This document shows, piece by piece, positions 39,136 through 51,540 of a stretch of DNA of 63,570 nucleotides. How positions within the stretch are numbered: position 1 is the stretch's first letter; every line of letters begins with the position of its first letter. The position numbers were made by a program, and so were the translations under genes. This DNA is from Octopus bimaculoides (taxonomy: Eukaryota), in assembly GCF_001194135.2 (NCBI RefSeq), contig NC_068990.1, positions 12,668,368-12,731,937 on the forward strand. The letters run 5' to 3'. The notes below the pieces were generated by a model that saw only the letters and a program-made list of their open reading frames with translations, made no database searches and was not told where the DNA came from.

Positions 39136-39290
39136 ACGGGCTTCTTTCAATTTCCGTCTACCAAGTTCACTCACAAGGCTTTGGTCGGCCCAAGGCTATA
39201 ATAAAAGACACTTACCCAAGGTGTCATGCAGAGAGACTGAACCCAGAACCATGTGGTTGGTAAGCAAGCTACTTAACCACTCCTGTATAT
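38905..39290 (-). mobile_element. SINE family A, full length
   Basis: Both halves and the head (gcaagctacttaaccactcct) are present. Confidence 0.85.
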
Positions 39291-39341
39291 TACATATTAA
39301 TATTATTAATATTATATATTATTGTTATATGCTATAGGCAT

Positions 39342-39545
39342 AGGCAAGGTTGTGCGGTTGAGGAGTTTGCTTCACAACCACATGGTTTCAGGTTCAGTCC
39401 CACTGTGTGACATAACAGGCAACTGCCTTCTATTATAGTCCCAGGTTGACCGTCAAAGTCTTGTGAGTAGATTTGATTGACAGAAACTGAAAAAAGCCTG
39501 AGTGTGAGAGAGAGTGTGTGTGTTTTTGTGTCTCCTTGTCTTAAC
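39342..39545 (+). mobile_element. SINE family A 5' half, head-to-head with the 38905 copy
   Basis: ggttgtgcggttg..caaccacatggtttcaggttcagtcccactg ... gacagaaactgaaa. Confidence 0.75.
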
Positions 39546-39717
39546 ATCATCTTTGTTGTGAATGAATGTCATTTATTTTCAATATTCTGTGCAATCATAT
39601 ATTCTGAGTATAAGGAAATATTACCTTGCTTGGAAATAGGTACAGGTAAGTGACATGCAAAGCATCTAGCTGTAGAAAATCTGGCTTCCATGCGAACTTA
39701 GAAAAGTGGTTGTTAAA

Positions 39718-39750
<33 letters not shown>

Positions 39751-39836
39751 GGAGTCTGGTGTAGCCATCTGGTTTCACCAGTCCTCAGTCAAATTGTCCA
39801 ACCCATGCTAGCATGGAAAGTGGACATTAAACGATG

Positions 39837-39838
<2 letters not shown>
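39751..39838 (+). mobile_element. 5'-truncated family E tail inserted inside an (ATT)n tract
   Basis: (ATT)n lies on both sides of ggagtctggtgtagcc ... gacattaaacgatg. Confidence 0.8.
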
Positions 39839-39876
<38 letters not shown>

Positions 39877-41461
39877 GTATCATTGTTATATTTTAAAAAC
39901 GATTAACGTAACTCTTCACAAAGGTAAACAGTCAAGACGAAGAGCGCGATTCGATTGTAAGATCTTTTATTAGTTGAACGATATTTCAACAGTACGTCTG
40001 TCTTTGTCAAGTTCAAAATAAGAAGTGATAAAAATTCAAAATTATAGAATTTTAAACGTATAGTATGAACAAGAGCAAGCAGTGTCCACACGTTGATGGA
40101 ATGACGTCATCAGTTTTTAAGTTACAATTTTATAACAGGCGAAAAGAAAAAGACAGAAAAAAATAGAAAAATGAAGACGACAGAATAAAAAGGAAAGAAA
40201 AAGAGGGAAAGAAGAATATTTGATTAAATATTCTTCTTTCTACATGTTCACTAAGTATATTAGGTGAAGAAGTGGCATAATCATTAGAGCATTAGAAAAA
40301 CCTACTATGTCATATTTGTTCTCAGTTTTTATGTTCTGAGTTCAAATCCTGCCTAGATCAGCTTTCCCTTCTATTCTTTCAAGAACTGATAAAATAATGT
40401 ACTAAAGTTCCCGTCAAATGCTGGGATCAATGGTAATTTCCTTGAAATTACTGGTCTTGTGCCTAAATTAGAAACCCTTATTTTTTTCTAAAAAAAACCA
40501 AAAAAACAACAAAAAGCATGGCTTGTTAGACATTTTGACCAGCCACTTGTCATAAAATATGAAAGCTTCAGAAAACACTGACAGCAGAACATGTGCCAAC
40601 TGGGCTGCCCACACATCAAAGTGCCCCGTGAATAAATAATAAGTTAATATTAATCAGTAGAGTGTCAGAGAAGACATCTTATCGTTTTTAAACACATTGT
40701 TATAGGGTCAAAAAAGTAAGTGCCACTCAAGAAATGGAGGCCAATTTTAAATCAACTATATATGTGCTGCTGCAATTTGTGCTTATGCTAGAAGACAATT
40801 TTGTGATCATTTTTGTCATTGTATTGTGAAAAGCAATATATCTCTTGATTCATTCATGAACGCCACTTAACATTTCCTCCAAACTATAAATTAGTCTACT
40901 TTTGAAATGATCAAGAATAAAATATTGCAGTAGAAGAAAACAGGAAAAAAAAAAAAAAAAAAGACAGAAACTTACTGTTTCCAGTATTCTTTATGTTATA
41001 TATTTCTCTATCTCACTCTCACTATCTCTATCTCTCTCATTCCCCTCTCTCCCCCTCTCTCCTGCAATAAAAAATATGATAATCAGTATCTTCTAAGACT
41101 AAAGTATGCATTAACCTTACTGCCATCATTATCATCATCTTCATCATCATCACCAACATCGTCATTATTCTTGCTGTTAGAGCACCGGTTCGTCAGAGTT
41201 GTTAGAGTGTTGGACAAAAAGGCTTATAGTAGGTCTTTACTTATGGTACTTTCTGAGTTCAAATCCCAGAGACCTGATAAGGTACTCAAAACCCACAGTT
41301 GCTATGAATTTTTTGCAGTGTTCTTCAATATATGATATCTATAAAAATACACCTTCATATTGAGTGCAGCAAAGTCTCCACTGATTGGCTGGGGTCAATT
41401 TGCTCGACTAAAGGTGGTGCTCCAGCATGGCCACAGTCAAATGACTGAAACAACAAAAAGA

Positions 41462-41505
<44 letters not shown>

Positions 41506-41841
41506 CTTGATTCTTTTCCCTAAAACTATATATATATATATATTGTTGTATTTGGGGATGGTCATATTGCCAGTTTAGCCAATAAATATATATATATATA
41601 TATATACATGTATATATATNNNNNNNNNNNNNNNNNNNNNNNNNNNNNNNNNNNNNNNNNNNNNNNNNNNNNNNNNNNNNNNNNNNNNNNNNNNNNNNNN
41701 NNNNNNNNNNNNNNNNNNNNNNNNNNNNNNNNNNNNNNNNNNNNNNNNNNNNNNNNNNNNNNNNNNNNNNNNNNNNNNNNNNNNNNNNNNNNNNNNNNNN
41801 NNNNNNNNNNNNNNNNNNNNNNNNNNNNNNNNNNNNNNNNN

Positions 41842-41878
<37 letters not shown>

Positions 41879-42271
41879 TGAGAGAGAGAGAGAGAGAGCC
41901 ATGCACTGGCTTGGCTAAATCGTTGAGAAGTTTACTTCACAATCACTGTTTAACACCTTGGGTGAATATTTTCAATTTAGCTTCAGGTCAACTAATGCAT
42001 TGTGAGTAAAATTTGATAGTTGCAAATTGTTTCAAGTCTCTTGTATATGTGTGTGAGTGAGATAGAGAGAGAGAGAAAGTGAGTTACTGTGTGAATGAGA
42101 GCAAAAAAGGAGACAGTGTTTACATCTCAAATAATCAAAAAAGCCCATAGCTCACCATGGAAAAAGTGGATATAAAATAACTATGGCTTATGATAGAGTG
42201 TGCATACATACACATACACACATGCATCATCATTATCATTACATATATATGTGTGCATATGTATGAATGTA

Positions 42272-42320
<49 letters not shown>

Positions 42321-42929
42321 GCACCCACACATATGTATATGTATATGTATATGTATATATATATATANNNNNNNNNNNNNNNNNNNNNNNNNNNNNNNNN
42401 NNNNNNNNNNNNNNNNNNNNNNNNNNNNNNNNNNNNNNNNNNNNNNNNNNNNNNNNNNNNNNNNNNNNNNNNNNNNNNNNNNNNNNNNNNNNNNNNNNNN
42501 NNNNNNNNNNNNNNNNNNNNNNNNNNNNNNNNNNNNNNNNNNNNNNNNNNNNNNNNNNNNNNNNNNNNNNNNNNNNNNNNNNNNNNNNNNNNNNNNNNNN
42601 NNNNNNNNNNNNNNNNNNNNNNNNNNNNNNNNNNNNNNNNNNNNNNNNNNNNNNNNNNNNNNNNNNNNNNNNNNNNNNNNNNNNNNNNNNNNNNNNNNNN
42701 NNNNNNNNNNNNNNNNNNNNNNNNNNNNNNNNNNNNNNNNNNNNNNNNNNNNNNNNNNNNNNNNNNNNNNNNNNNNNNNNNNNNNNNNNNNNNNNNNNNN
42801 NNNNNNNNNNNNNNNNNNNNNNNNNNNNNNNNNNNNNNNNNNNNNNNNNNNNNNNNNNNNNNNNNNNNNNNNNNNNNNNNNNNNNNNNNNNNNNNNNNNN
42901 NNNNNNNNNNNNNNNNNNNNNNNNNNNNN

Positions 42930-42983
<54 letters not shown>

Positions 42984-44285
42984 CATACACACACATATGT
43001 TTATATGTGTGCGTGTATATATATATGTATATGCATATATATTAATATGTGTGTTCATGTGTATGTATTATGCATGTTTATATGAATATATATATATGTA
43101 TGTATATATATATATATACATACATACACACACATATGTTTATATATGTGTGTATATCTATATATGTATGTTTATATGAATATATATTTATGTGTGTATG
43201 TATAAATATATATATATGTATATGTACATATATATCTAATATATATATTCATATATGTATGTATGTATATATGTATATATAATATATACATATATATAGA
43301 TTTATTGATTTATGTATGTATGTATTTATGTATGTATATGCCTGCATGTATATATTCACGGAGAAATGATAACAAGTGCACCTAGTTTATTACTATTATT
43401 TTTTTTCCAGAAACATGGCTCCATTGGCCATGATTGTTACACATTAACTGTCATATTATTCAAATTCATTGTCTTTGAACTAGAACTGCTGATAGGGACT
43501 CTGTCGATCAGGCTGCACAGCTGATGATTCCTATCCTGTAACTGGCTGCATCTAATACTAAATTTGCTGCAACTAATACTAAAGTCTCACTGGCACCAGT
43601 TATGCAATTGCATATAGATATGGGTAGATGCAAGTCACTTGAATATGTAGCTGGTATTCAAGTCTGCTTAGCAATTATTTTGTTGTTTTTCATTGGTTTA
43701 GGCGAAATCCCTCTATATAACTGTTCCCTTTTTTTCAATCACTTACACTGTGATGTCGACTATCATTCAAATGTTTGTATCGCTATCATGGTGAAATTTG
43801 CAGCATAATTCATATCAATGAATTATAGTAAAAGCTGTCAAATGTACCCCAATATAACAGCTCGTCTTTTATAGGTGTTTTCTTGCTAACATTTCTGCAT
43901 AATTACATGCAGTTATTACATCTCTTTCACACACATACACGCACACACACACACACACACACACGTACATAGTAAATGTAATGAACAATGAAAAAAAGAA
44001 GACAACACATTAGGGATAAGATTTTACATATACTGTTTTAACTTATGGCTTAAAAAGAGAATCTGAACATTCCGGACATTTGTTCTTTATCAGAAGGAAG
44101 ACCAAAGTGTAAGAGGAGAAAGGGAAAAAAGATGGTGGGGAAAAATGGGTGTGGTGTTAGAAGCCAGATGGACATGCTGTTCTACAGGAAGAGGAGCTAA
44201 GAGGGGAGGCGGTTCATGTCAGTATATGTATCATCATCCTTTTAGCATCCACTTTTCTATACTTCCAAGTGTCAGCCAGAATTCA

Positions 44286-44316
44286 TCGAGTTCGATTCCA
44301 GGCAGTGACTTGAATC

Positions 44317-44395
<79 letters not shown>

Positions 44396-44570
44396 CATTG
44401 AAAAATACCTTAGGAATGAGAACCCAGGTTCGAAATTTCCCCCAAGACACCTGATGAAGACTGGAGGGTATATCAGCCGAAACGTTGTGTTAACAACAAA
44501 CAAGATGAGGACAAATATCCGTCAAATGTAAATAATGTACATAATACCTCGTCTCTTAAATATAGAACTA
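44286..44570 (+). mobile_element. Hammerhead-bearing SINE family H1, copy 1 (B-box, (AAT)n, hammerhead, tail)
   Basis: B-box AGTTCGATTCC 44289-44299, (AAT)n at about 44318-44390, spacer, hammerhead 44446-44491 and tail with tgtaaataatgtacataat. Colinear with 47925-48163. Confidence 0.8.
44446..44491 (+). ncRNA. Minimal type I hammerhead ribozyme motif (H1)
   Basis: GACAC(44446-50)/GTGTT(44487-91) stem I; canonical CTGATGA 44451-57 plus A; stem II GACTG/CAGCC with one A.C mismatch; GAAA 44479-82; ACGT palindrome; predicted GUU cut after 44486. Confidence 0.75.
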
Positions 44571-44911
44571 GATTTTTCTACTACCTGATACCTTTCCTGT
44601 TGCCAACCTTCACCTGTTTCCAAACAAGGTAATAATCTCCAGGCATAATGAATAACAAAGAGCCCAAACATAGCTACATGAAGGACTGGAACCAAACAAT
44701 ATTGTCTAAAGAAGTTTTTTGATCATGAAGATCATGTAGCATTCAAGAAGCTTGGACATGCTCCTGTGGATGCTTGCAAGCAAAGGTGATACAAAAAAAG
44801 GGACAACAAAACATTCAGGCAGAAGATACAAATAAAATAAGGACGGGTCATTTGGAGTTTTCTTTCCTCAGTCGAGTTCTATATTATCTTTGTAATTTCG
44901 GCTGTTTATAC

Positions 44912-44947
<36 letters not shown>

Positions 44948-45782
44948 GTTGACGATTTGACCTAGGACTGGTGGCTTTTTCCCACTTTCATTTACCAACT
45001 TTATTCATCAGATATTGACCAACTCACAAACTCATAGTTATAGGATAGAATGCCAGCCAACAGCATTCATAAATTGGAACTGAACCCTCCATCATGTTTT
45101 TCAGAAGCAGACTTCCTACACAGTCACACATATGCATGTGTATATGCATTTATGTATGGTATTATAGTTAAGTGCTTTGAATTTCTATATTAGAAATTGA
45201 AATGATGGGTTTGTATATAGGAATAGCGCAGCTGAAGACAATCATTGACCAAACCAATAAAAACATTAGGCAGAACTTCAAAACAGCAGACATTAATAAA
45301 TCACCTTATGGCTGCATATAGGAACTGAACACTGTCTTATGTTTAATTCAACATTTATCTTCAGTTTCCACTCTCTAACATCCTAAAACCTATTTAAATT
45401 TTATTGAATTTATGAGCTTCTGTAAATCTTCGTGTATAAAGTATGTATGAAATAAATTGTGACATTGTATTTGCATATCTGTTTATAATACTGTTTGTGG
45501 TAGTATTTAGCAAATGTTTGTATATGTGAATCACTTTTTTGTCTTTCATAGAGATTATAACAAATTATTTTAGTGTTCTGTTTTAAGTATATTTCTGAAG
45601 ATTAGAATTATTTTAAAACTTGCTATTTCATCTCCTAGAGGATAGCATTCAAAAGCATGTAGATGCACATCTTGATCACTTGATCAGAATAAACAGAAAC
45701 TGTTTATAACATCTGAAAATCCATGAAGATAAATCTGCATTTGGTTACAGTTGGTAAAAATAAAAACATAGGACTTAAGAAA

Positions 45783-46145
45783 TGCCTGTGTGATAAGAAG
45801 CTTGCTTTATAATGGTATGAATTCAGGTTCAGTCCCACTGCATGACACCTTGGGCAAGTGACTTCTACTATAGCTCTGGACAGACCAAAGCCTTGTGAAT
45901 AGATTTGGTAGATGGAAACTGAAAGAATCCCATCATACATATATATATATGTGTATATTTATATGTGTGTGTCCCTACTTGACAACAGTTGTTGATTTCT
46001 TTACATCTCTGTAACTTAACAGTTTGGCAAAGAGAGACCAATAGAATAAGTATCAGGCTTGAAAAATAAGTACTGAGTCGATTTGTTTCAGTAAACCCTT
46101 CAAGGCGATGCTCCAGCTTAGCCACAGTCCAATGATAGAAACGAA
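45783..46145 (+). mobile_element. SINE family A
   Basis: ggttcagtcccactgcatgacaccttgggcaagtgacttc (CORE-like) through the 3' end. Confidence 0.8.
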
Positions 46146-47924
46146 AGACAAAGTTAGTTATTGTGATGCTGATTGTTATTGACTAAGTACAAAGCTACAT
46201 TTGTGAGGCAGAAACAGTAAAAGCTAATGAAATTAGTTGTATTGTATTACTGGTATCTGTTTGTCAAACTAAAAAAATGTAAGGGAAAAATGTTGGAAGG
46301 TTACAAATAACTATGCCTTGCGTTTTGAAAAGGAAGCCATCAGTACTCTGTTACAAATTAGCAACCAGCGTAGATAAAGCAGTAACTGTTTTCTTCTTTA
46401 ACATTTTTCCTCTCCATCAAGATATTCACAGTTTTCATTCACGATAATTACTTTAAAAAACATAATCTCATCAACTGATATCCAGCATCCCAACTAATGT
46501 TATTAGTAATTTATTATTATTATTTTTTAATTTACTTATTTGAATAAAGTTTTGAAACAATAAGACTAATTAACTCACTCGTTATTCCATAGTTTTAAGC
46601 TGAGGTATTGAAATAAATCGATATTCTGCTTTTCAATTTGCTAATCTTGTCTTCGTAAATTTTGTTTTTCTCTTCTGTTCTGTTCAGTATCCTTTGAATA
46701 GAAAATTGGCCTTATATAAATAAACAGAAAAATGAAATGTGTTTTCAGAATTAGTGGCAAAGGTGTTTTTATTTAGATCCACCACCCCTTCGTTTTATAT
46801 TACATGCATAATAACAATCTACACTTTTTTAGATGTGGATGCTAGTTTCATTTTAGTGCTCTGAGCTTTAATCCTATAACTAACTCATTAAGTTAATTTT
46901 AAAGCTAGACTTTATGGAATCTAACTATTTCTCTTGCCAATTGCATTTGATTGCAGATTCTGTGCTTCAGAATTGAGCATCTTTGAAGCTGGTCTTTATT
47001 GACAACATAAAGATAGCTCTTTGGAGATTTAAATATTGATTGGCCTACTCTATGTTGTATGTTCATAAACAATTAGCAATGATTAGTAGCATATAAGTTT
47101 GTGTGGCATTGTTTTAAATAGACCTTCTTTAAAAAGATTTATTGAATTACACCATTGAAGAATTTCCTAGTGATAGAGTTCAGATAACCATTTTTGAAAC
47201 ATGTTTAGCATTATATTCACTTCTGTTTTACTCTCTGATAGTGTTATATATGATAAGGTGTCACAAAATGTTCGGCTGCATTTATTAAATTGTTGTAGCT
47301 GACTATGATAAAGAGACGTTTTAGCTGATCCATTTAACGATGTTTTCCTGTTATTAAAATAAACAGAAGAATGATGAGGCTTTGCAAGTACTCTTTTAAA
47401 CAACATTTATTAAATTGTTGTAAAACAAATGCGCTAAGTAGAAGTTTTAGGTAATCTATTTAGATTTATATCAAATTGCATATATGTTGTTAAAATGAGT
47501 TAAAATGGATGAGATCCTTAAGACAAGCACATAGAAAAAGCTAAAATAATTTATATAAATTTTGTTGAATGTTTCAAATTTATGTATGTTTACATTTGTA
47601 CAAGGCAGATAGAAATGAACCTACAGCTGTTATTGTGTTAAGTTAACGAAAGAGATAAACAAATGATGTTTAAACTTCAATTAAACTTGTAACAACTTGA
47701 GAATGAATATGTATACTTCACAGCATGTAGGGTTGTCTTTAATATCTGTGTGTGTGTGTATGCGTGTGAGAGAGAGAGAGAGAGAAAAAAGTTAGTGTAT
47801 GTGCTTGTAGTCGCTATATGATTGGAACTACATGGATATATTTAATGTCTTTATGTTCTTTAATTATATACATTTTTATGTCCACATATATACATATACA
47901 TATATTACATATGAGTTGGAGAGG

Positions 47925-48163
47925 GACATATGGTGTAGTGGTTAAGAGTGCAGGCTACTAACCCCAAGATTCCAAGTTCAATTCCAGGCAGTGACCTGAG
48001 TAGTAGTAATAATAATAATAATAATATCGAAAAATACCTTAGGAATGAGAACCCAGGCTCGAAATTTCCCCAAGACACTTGATGAAGGCTGGAAGGTATA
48101 TCAACTGAAACATTGTGTTAACAACAAACAAGATGAGGACAAATATCCGTCAAATATAAATAA
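47925..48163 (+). mobile_element. Hammerhead-bearing SINE family H1, copy 2, with complete tRNA-like head
   Basis: A-box TGGTGTAGTGG 47931-47941 and B-box AGTTCAATTCC 47975-47985 at tRNA-like spacing, short (AAT)n, degenerate hammerhead 48074-48119 (TTGATGA core, ACAT instead of ACGT) and the same tail. Confidence 0.8.
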
Positions 48164-48768
48164 TGGACTTATAGGTTTGATATTGTAATATATGCCACCT
48201 TAAAATCTGGGCATTTAAAATGCTCAGGTTGTGTAGAATCTTGGGCATCTTAAATCTGTTGGAAGTAATCCCTCCTTCGGTATGAAGGATAGATTAGATC
48301 TTCAGAGAGAGACGAAGTGAGAGAGGCAGGGAGAGAGACAGAGACAGAAAAAGAAGAATCACTTTCAGGACTTTTATATTCATCGTATTGATCTCAAAAC
48401 GATGGAAAGCAAAGCTGACCTTGAAGGAATTGGTACTTGAATGGTAGGGAGCCCGAACGACTACCACAACATTTTTTATCCAACACCCTAATGAATCTGT
48501 GAATCAAGCTGCACAAACACCTCTCACATACACACATATACACACATGCACATATACACACACAAATACATGCATGCACACATACACACACGCACACACT
48601 GAGGCATTGACATAGGTGTAGATATGTAGCGGAAAAGCTTACTTTCCAACCATGTGATTTTATGTCCAGTTCCTCTACACAGCACCTTGAGCAAGTGATT
48701 TCTACTATAGCCCAGGGTTGATCAATCCTTGTGACTGGATGTAATATACTGAAAATGAAAGAAGTCCG

Positions 48769-48805
<37 letters not shown>

Positions 48806-49898
48806 GACACTTTTTTTACAATCATCATATAAGTGATATTGTATGGTGAAAAGCATGTTTGGATTTAGCAAAATATTACATTATTTATAATCAGGCCAGG
48901 CTGGCAACAAAAAAAAAAGGGCTTCCTACCATAAAAAATCTACCCAATGAATTCTGCTTGACCTATGGAAGTTTGGAAAAGTGGATGCTAAAGGGCTGAT
49001 GATGATATATGATACAGACAGATAACAGAGTAATAGATGTGTATGTATACATCTGCATATGTGTGTGTGTGTGTATTTCAACCATTTACACAGCAGCCAG
49101 CATTCCTTTTAATTTCTCCTATCTCTAATATGCTTCCTTCTTTCTCCAACATGTCTGTACTTCTCCCTCATCTGCCATTTCCTCTCCTTCTTCTCCTCTC
49201 ATTAATCCCACTTTATATATCCATCAACACTAGTTGACATTTCTTCTCTCTCTCCAAGGAAGTGGTTTGTCCTAATCATTAGACATTTCTTCTTCCTTGA
49301 GGTGTAAAACTTATTCCAGTGTTTGAATTATTCAAATCAGTTGTTGCATTTAGGAAAATTACACATGCATAGAGAAGACTTTTAGCATTTAGGCTCATTA
49401 ATATTTGTAAATTCTTTGTATCCTGGCCATGTAAAATGCATGATCAATTTTACAAAAACAGAAGGCATTCTTAATGACACAATCATTGAAAGTTTTAGAC
49501 TTTATTTATAGCAAAACAGTACCTGGCTGAATGAAACTGCTGACTTGAATTGTTTGGTGTTACAATTGCATTTGCATCTAGAATGCATTTTAAAAATACT
49601 ATTCAAGCATAATACTTGACTGGTATTTTATTTTACTGACCCCCAGGAATACAAAATGCAAAGTTCATTTTGGTGGAATTTGAAGTCAAAACATGACAGT
49701 TTATCTTAATTGTGATCTCCAAAATATAATCCGGTTTTATTCTTAGTTTTTTATGCGTGTTATACCTAACTCAAAAACAACTTATGTCTTGTACTTAGCA
49801 TTTTGCCAAACAGAGAGTGCTAAAATAAATGCCAGATTTAAAAAATAAGTAGTACTAAACTCTTTAAGACAATGTTATAGTCCAGTGACTGAACCCAA

Positions 49899-50388
49899 TA
49901 ATAACAAGAGCACTCAGAGAGTGCAAACCTCCACCAAGGCAACACTGTCATCTCAACGATTAGCCAAAGATGATTTTTAAAATGAGAATATCTGACATTA
50001 TTTACATTATTTACAATTGATGGATATTTGTCCTCATCTTGTTTGTTGTTAGCACAACGTTTCGGCTGATATACCCTCCAGCCTTCATCAATATCTTGGG
50101 GAAATCTGAAATAAACTTGACTGCTCCCACAAACGAGAATACTAAAAGTGAACCTGACCACTCTCAAAAATTAAGTCAAAAAAAAACAGGAAAAATAATC
50201 GAGAATCCTTGTCCAGGACTGGATCAATCCCAAAATATAATCAGTTTGTGCCAGTCATGACGCCAGACATCTCTGAAAGTTTCAGCTGAATCCATCCAGC
50301 AGTTCTTGAGATATCTTGTCCATGAACAAACAAGCAAAAAACGTGACTGTAAACAATAACTTCACCTTCGCTAAGGTGGAGATAATAA
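49899..50388 (-). mobile_element. Non-autonomous Helentron-type (HINE/DINE-like) element
   Basis: Terminal hairpin GCACTC-AGA-GAGTGC 49910-49924 beside the subterminal repeat CCTCCACC 49928-49935. The opposite end has the stem-loop CTTCACCTT-CGCT-AAGGTGGAG 50360-50381 carrying the complementary subTIR. A/T-rich flanks and no TSD. Confidence 0.7.
49996..50103 (-). mobile_element. Family H1 copy 3: 5'-truncated hammerhead plus tail, with a 6-bp TSD
   Basis: ATCTGA at 49990-49995 and 50104-50109 flanks 108 bp that match H1 from just upstream of the hammerhead to the (TGTAAATAA)n tail. Stem II GGCTG/CAGCC and GAAACGTT are intact; C3 and stem I are degraded. Confidence 0.85.
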
Positions 50389-50489
50389 ACGACTATATTT
50401 AAAACCAGGTTTTGAATTTTTTGAGGTCCCCATTTTTTGAATATTGGGAAAATTACTGGGACAGCATTAACTGCTATATTGATTTCGAA

Positions 50490-50690
50490 TTTTAGCTGAA
50501 GACCAGAAAATTTGCTGGGTTGGGTAAGTCAAGTACATCATCCCCAATGTTCAACTCGTACTTATTTCATGAACTCCAGAAGGATGAAAGACGAAGCTGG
50601 CTGACCTTGGTAGAATTTGAACTCAGCACATAAAGATGGATGCAATTTCTCTGAGCGTATCTGATCAGCATGGTAACAATTCTTTATATA
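50490..50690 (-). mobile_element. SINE family B, diverged
   Basis: ttcaactcgtacttatttcatgaactccagaaggatgaaag ... gaatttgaactcag. Confidence 0.7.
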
Positions 50691-51309
50691 GGGAAACTCC
50701 ATTACAGGCTCAGCAACAAATTATTTTGATTCAATACAAAGGAGACTTGGTGTTGTTATCAAGTTTGTGTGAAGCCTCCAGAGAGTAAATGTAATTTCCA
50801 CTCAGAATTGATTTGATTTAATTAACAAAAACATTAACAAAACAACATTTAATTTTCTTTTTCAAATTTAAAACTTTCTCTAACAGTATCAAAGTATTTC
50901 ATAGCAAGAAAAAAAAAAAAAAAACAGAACCCAAACTTGTTGCAGAAAATATTTTTTTTCTTGCAGTGTTTCAACATATCTAGTCTGATTAAAAGACTTT
51001 ATGATATTAACTTGTGCTGATTAAATTTTTGTGTACCAATGTGTCTACATCAAAGACAGATCAGTTCTCACAACCTATTTCTATTGGCTAGAAAAAATAA
51101 AATCTATGTACTATGTCATATGAAATCTGGGGAATTCTGGAAAGTACTCCACTGTCAAAAATTCATCAACTTGATTCCCATGTCTCAAATGCACATACAC
51201 AGAATTGGGCATATGTGATATACAATAAGGATTAATATAAAGATTCTTCACCTTCAATAATTAAGTTTGTAATAAATCAAGTGAGTGTATGCAGAAAATA
51301 TATTGTAAT

Positions 51310-51540
51310 ATTGGTTTCAAATTTTTTACACATGGCCAGCAGTTTTCGGGGAGGGGCTAAGTTGATTAAAGTGACCCCCGTGCTCAACTTCTACTTATTT
51401 TATTGACCTCCCCCCAAAAAAGCATGGAAGGCTAAGATGACCTTCGTAGGATTTGAACTGCAAATGTAAAGGCAGACCAAATGCAGCTAAGCATTTTACC
51501 CAGTCTGCTAATGATTCTGCCAGCATACCAGCTTAGAATA
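51310..51540 (-). mobile_element. SINE family B, diverged
   Basis: ctacttattttattgacc ... ggatttgaactgc ... ctaagcatttt ... aatgattctgccagc. Confidence 0.7.

Noticed and set aside
39902-40130. CpG-retaining segment with a TGACGTCA (CRE-site) palindrome near 40103
   Set aside because: A single 8-mer is expected by chance at this scale, and I found no second copy or element boundary.
44880-44935. Minus-strand gggtata..cagccgaaa resembling the 3' half of the H1 hammerhead
   Set aside because: The CUGANGA half is absent (replaced by (TA)n) and there is no palindromic stem III or stem I.
47925-47995. tRNA gene call for the A/B-box head, and for other SINE heads
   Set aside because: There is no convincing acceptor stem or oligo-T terminator, and the head continues into a repeat body, so it is treated as a SINE head.
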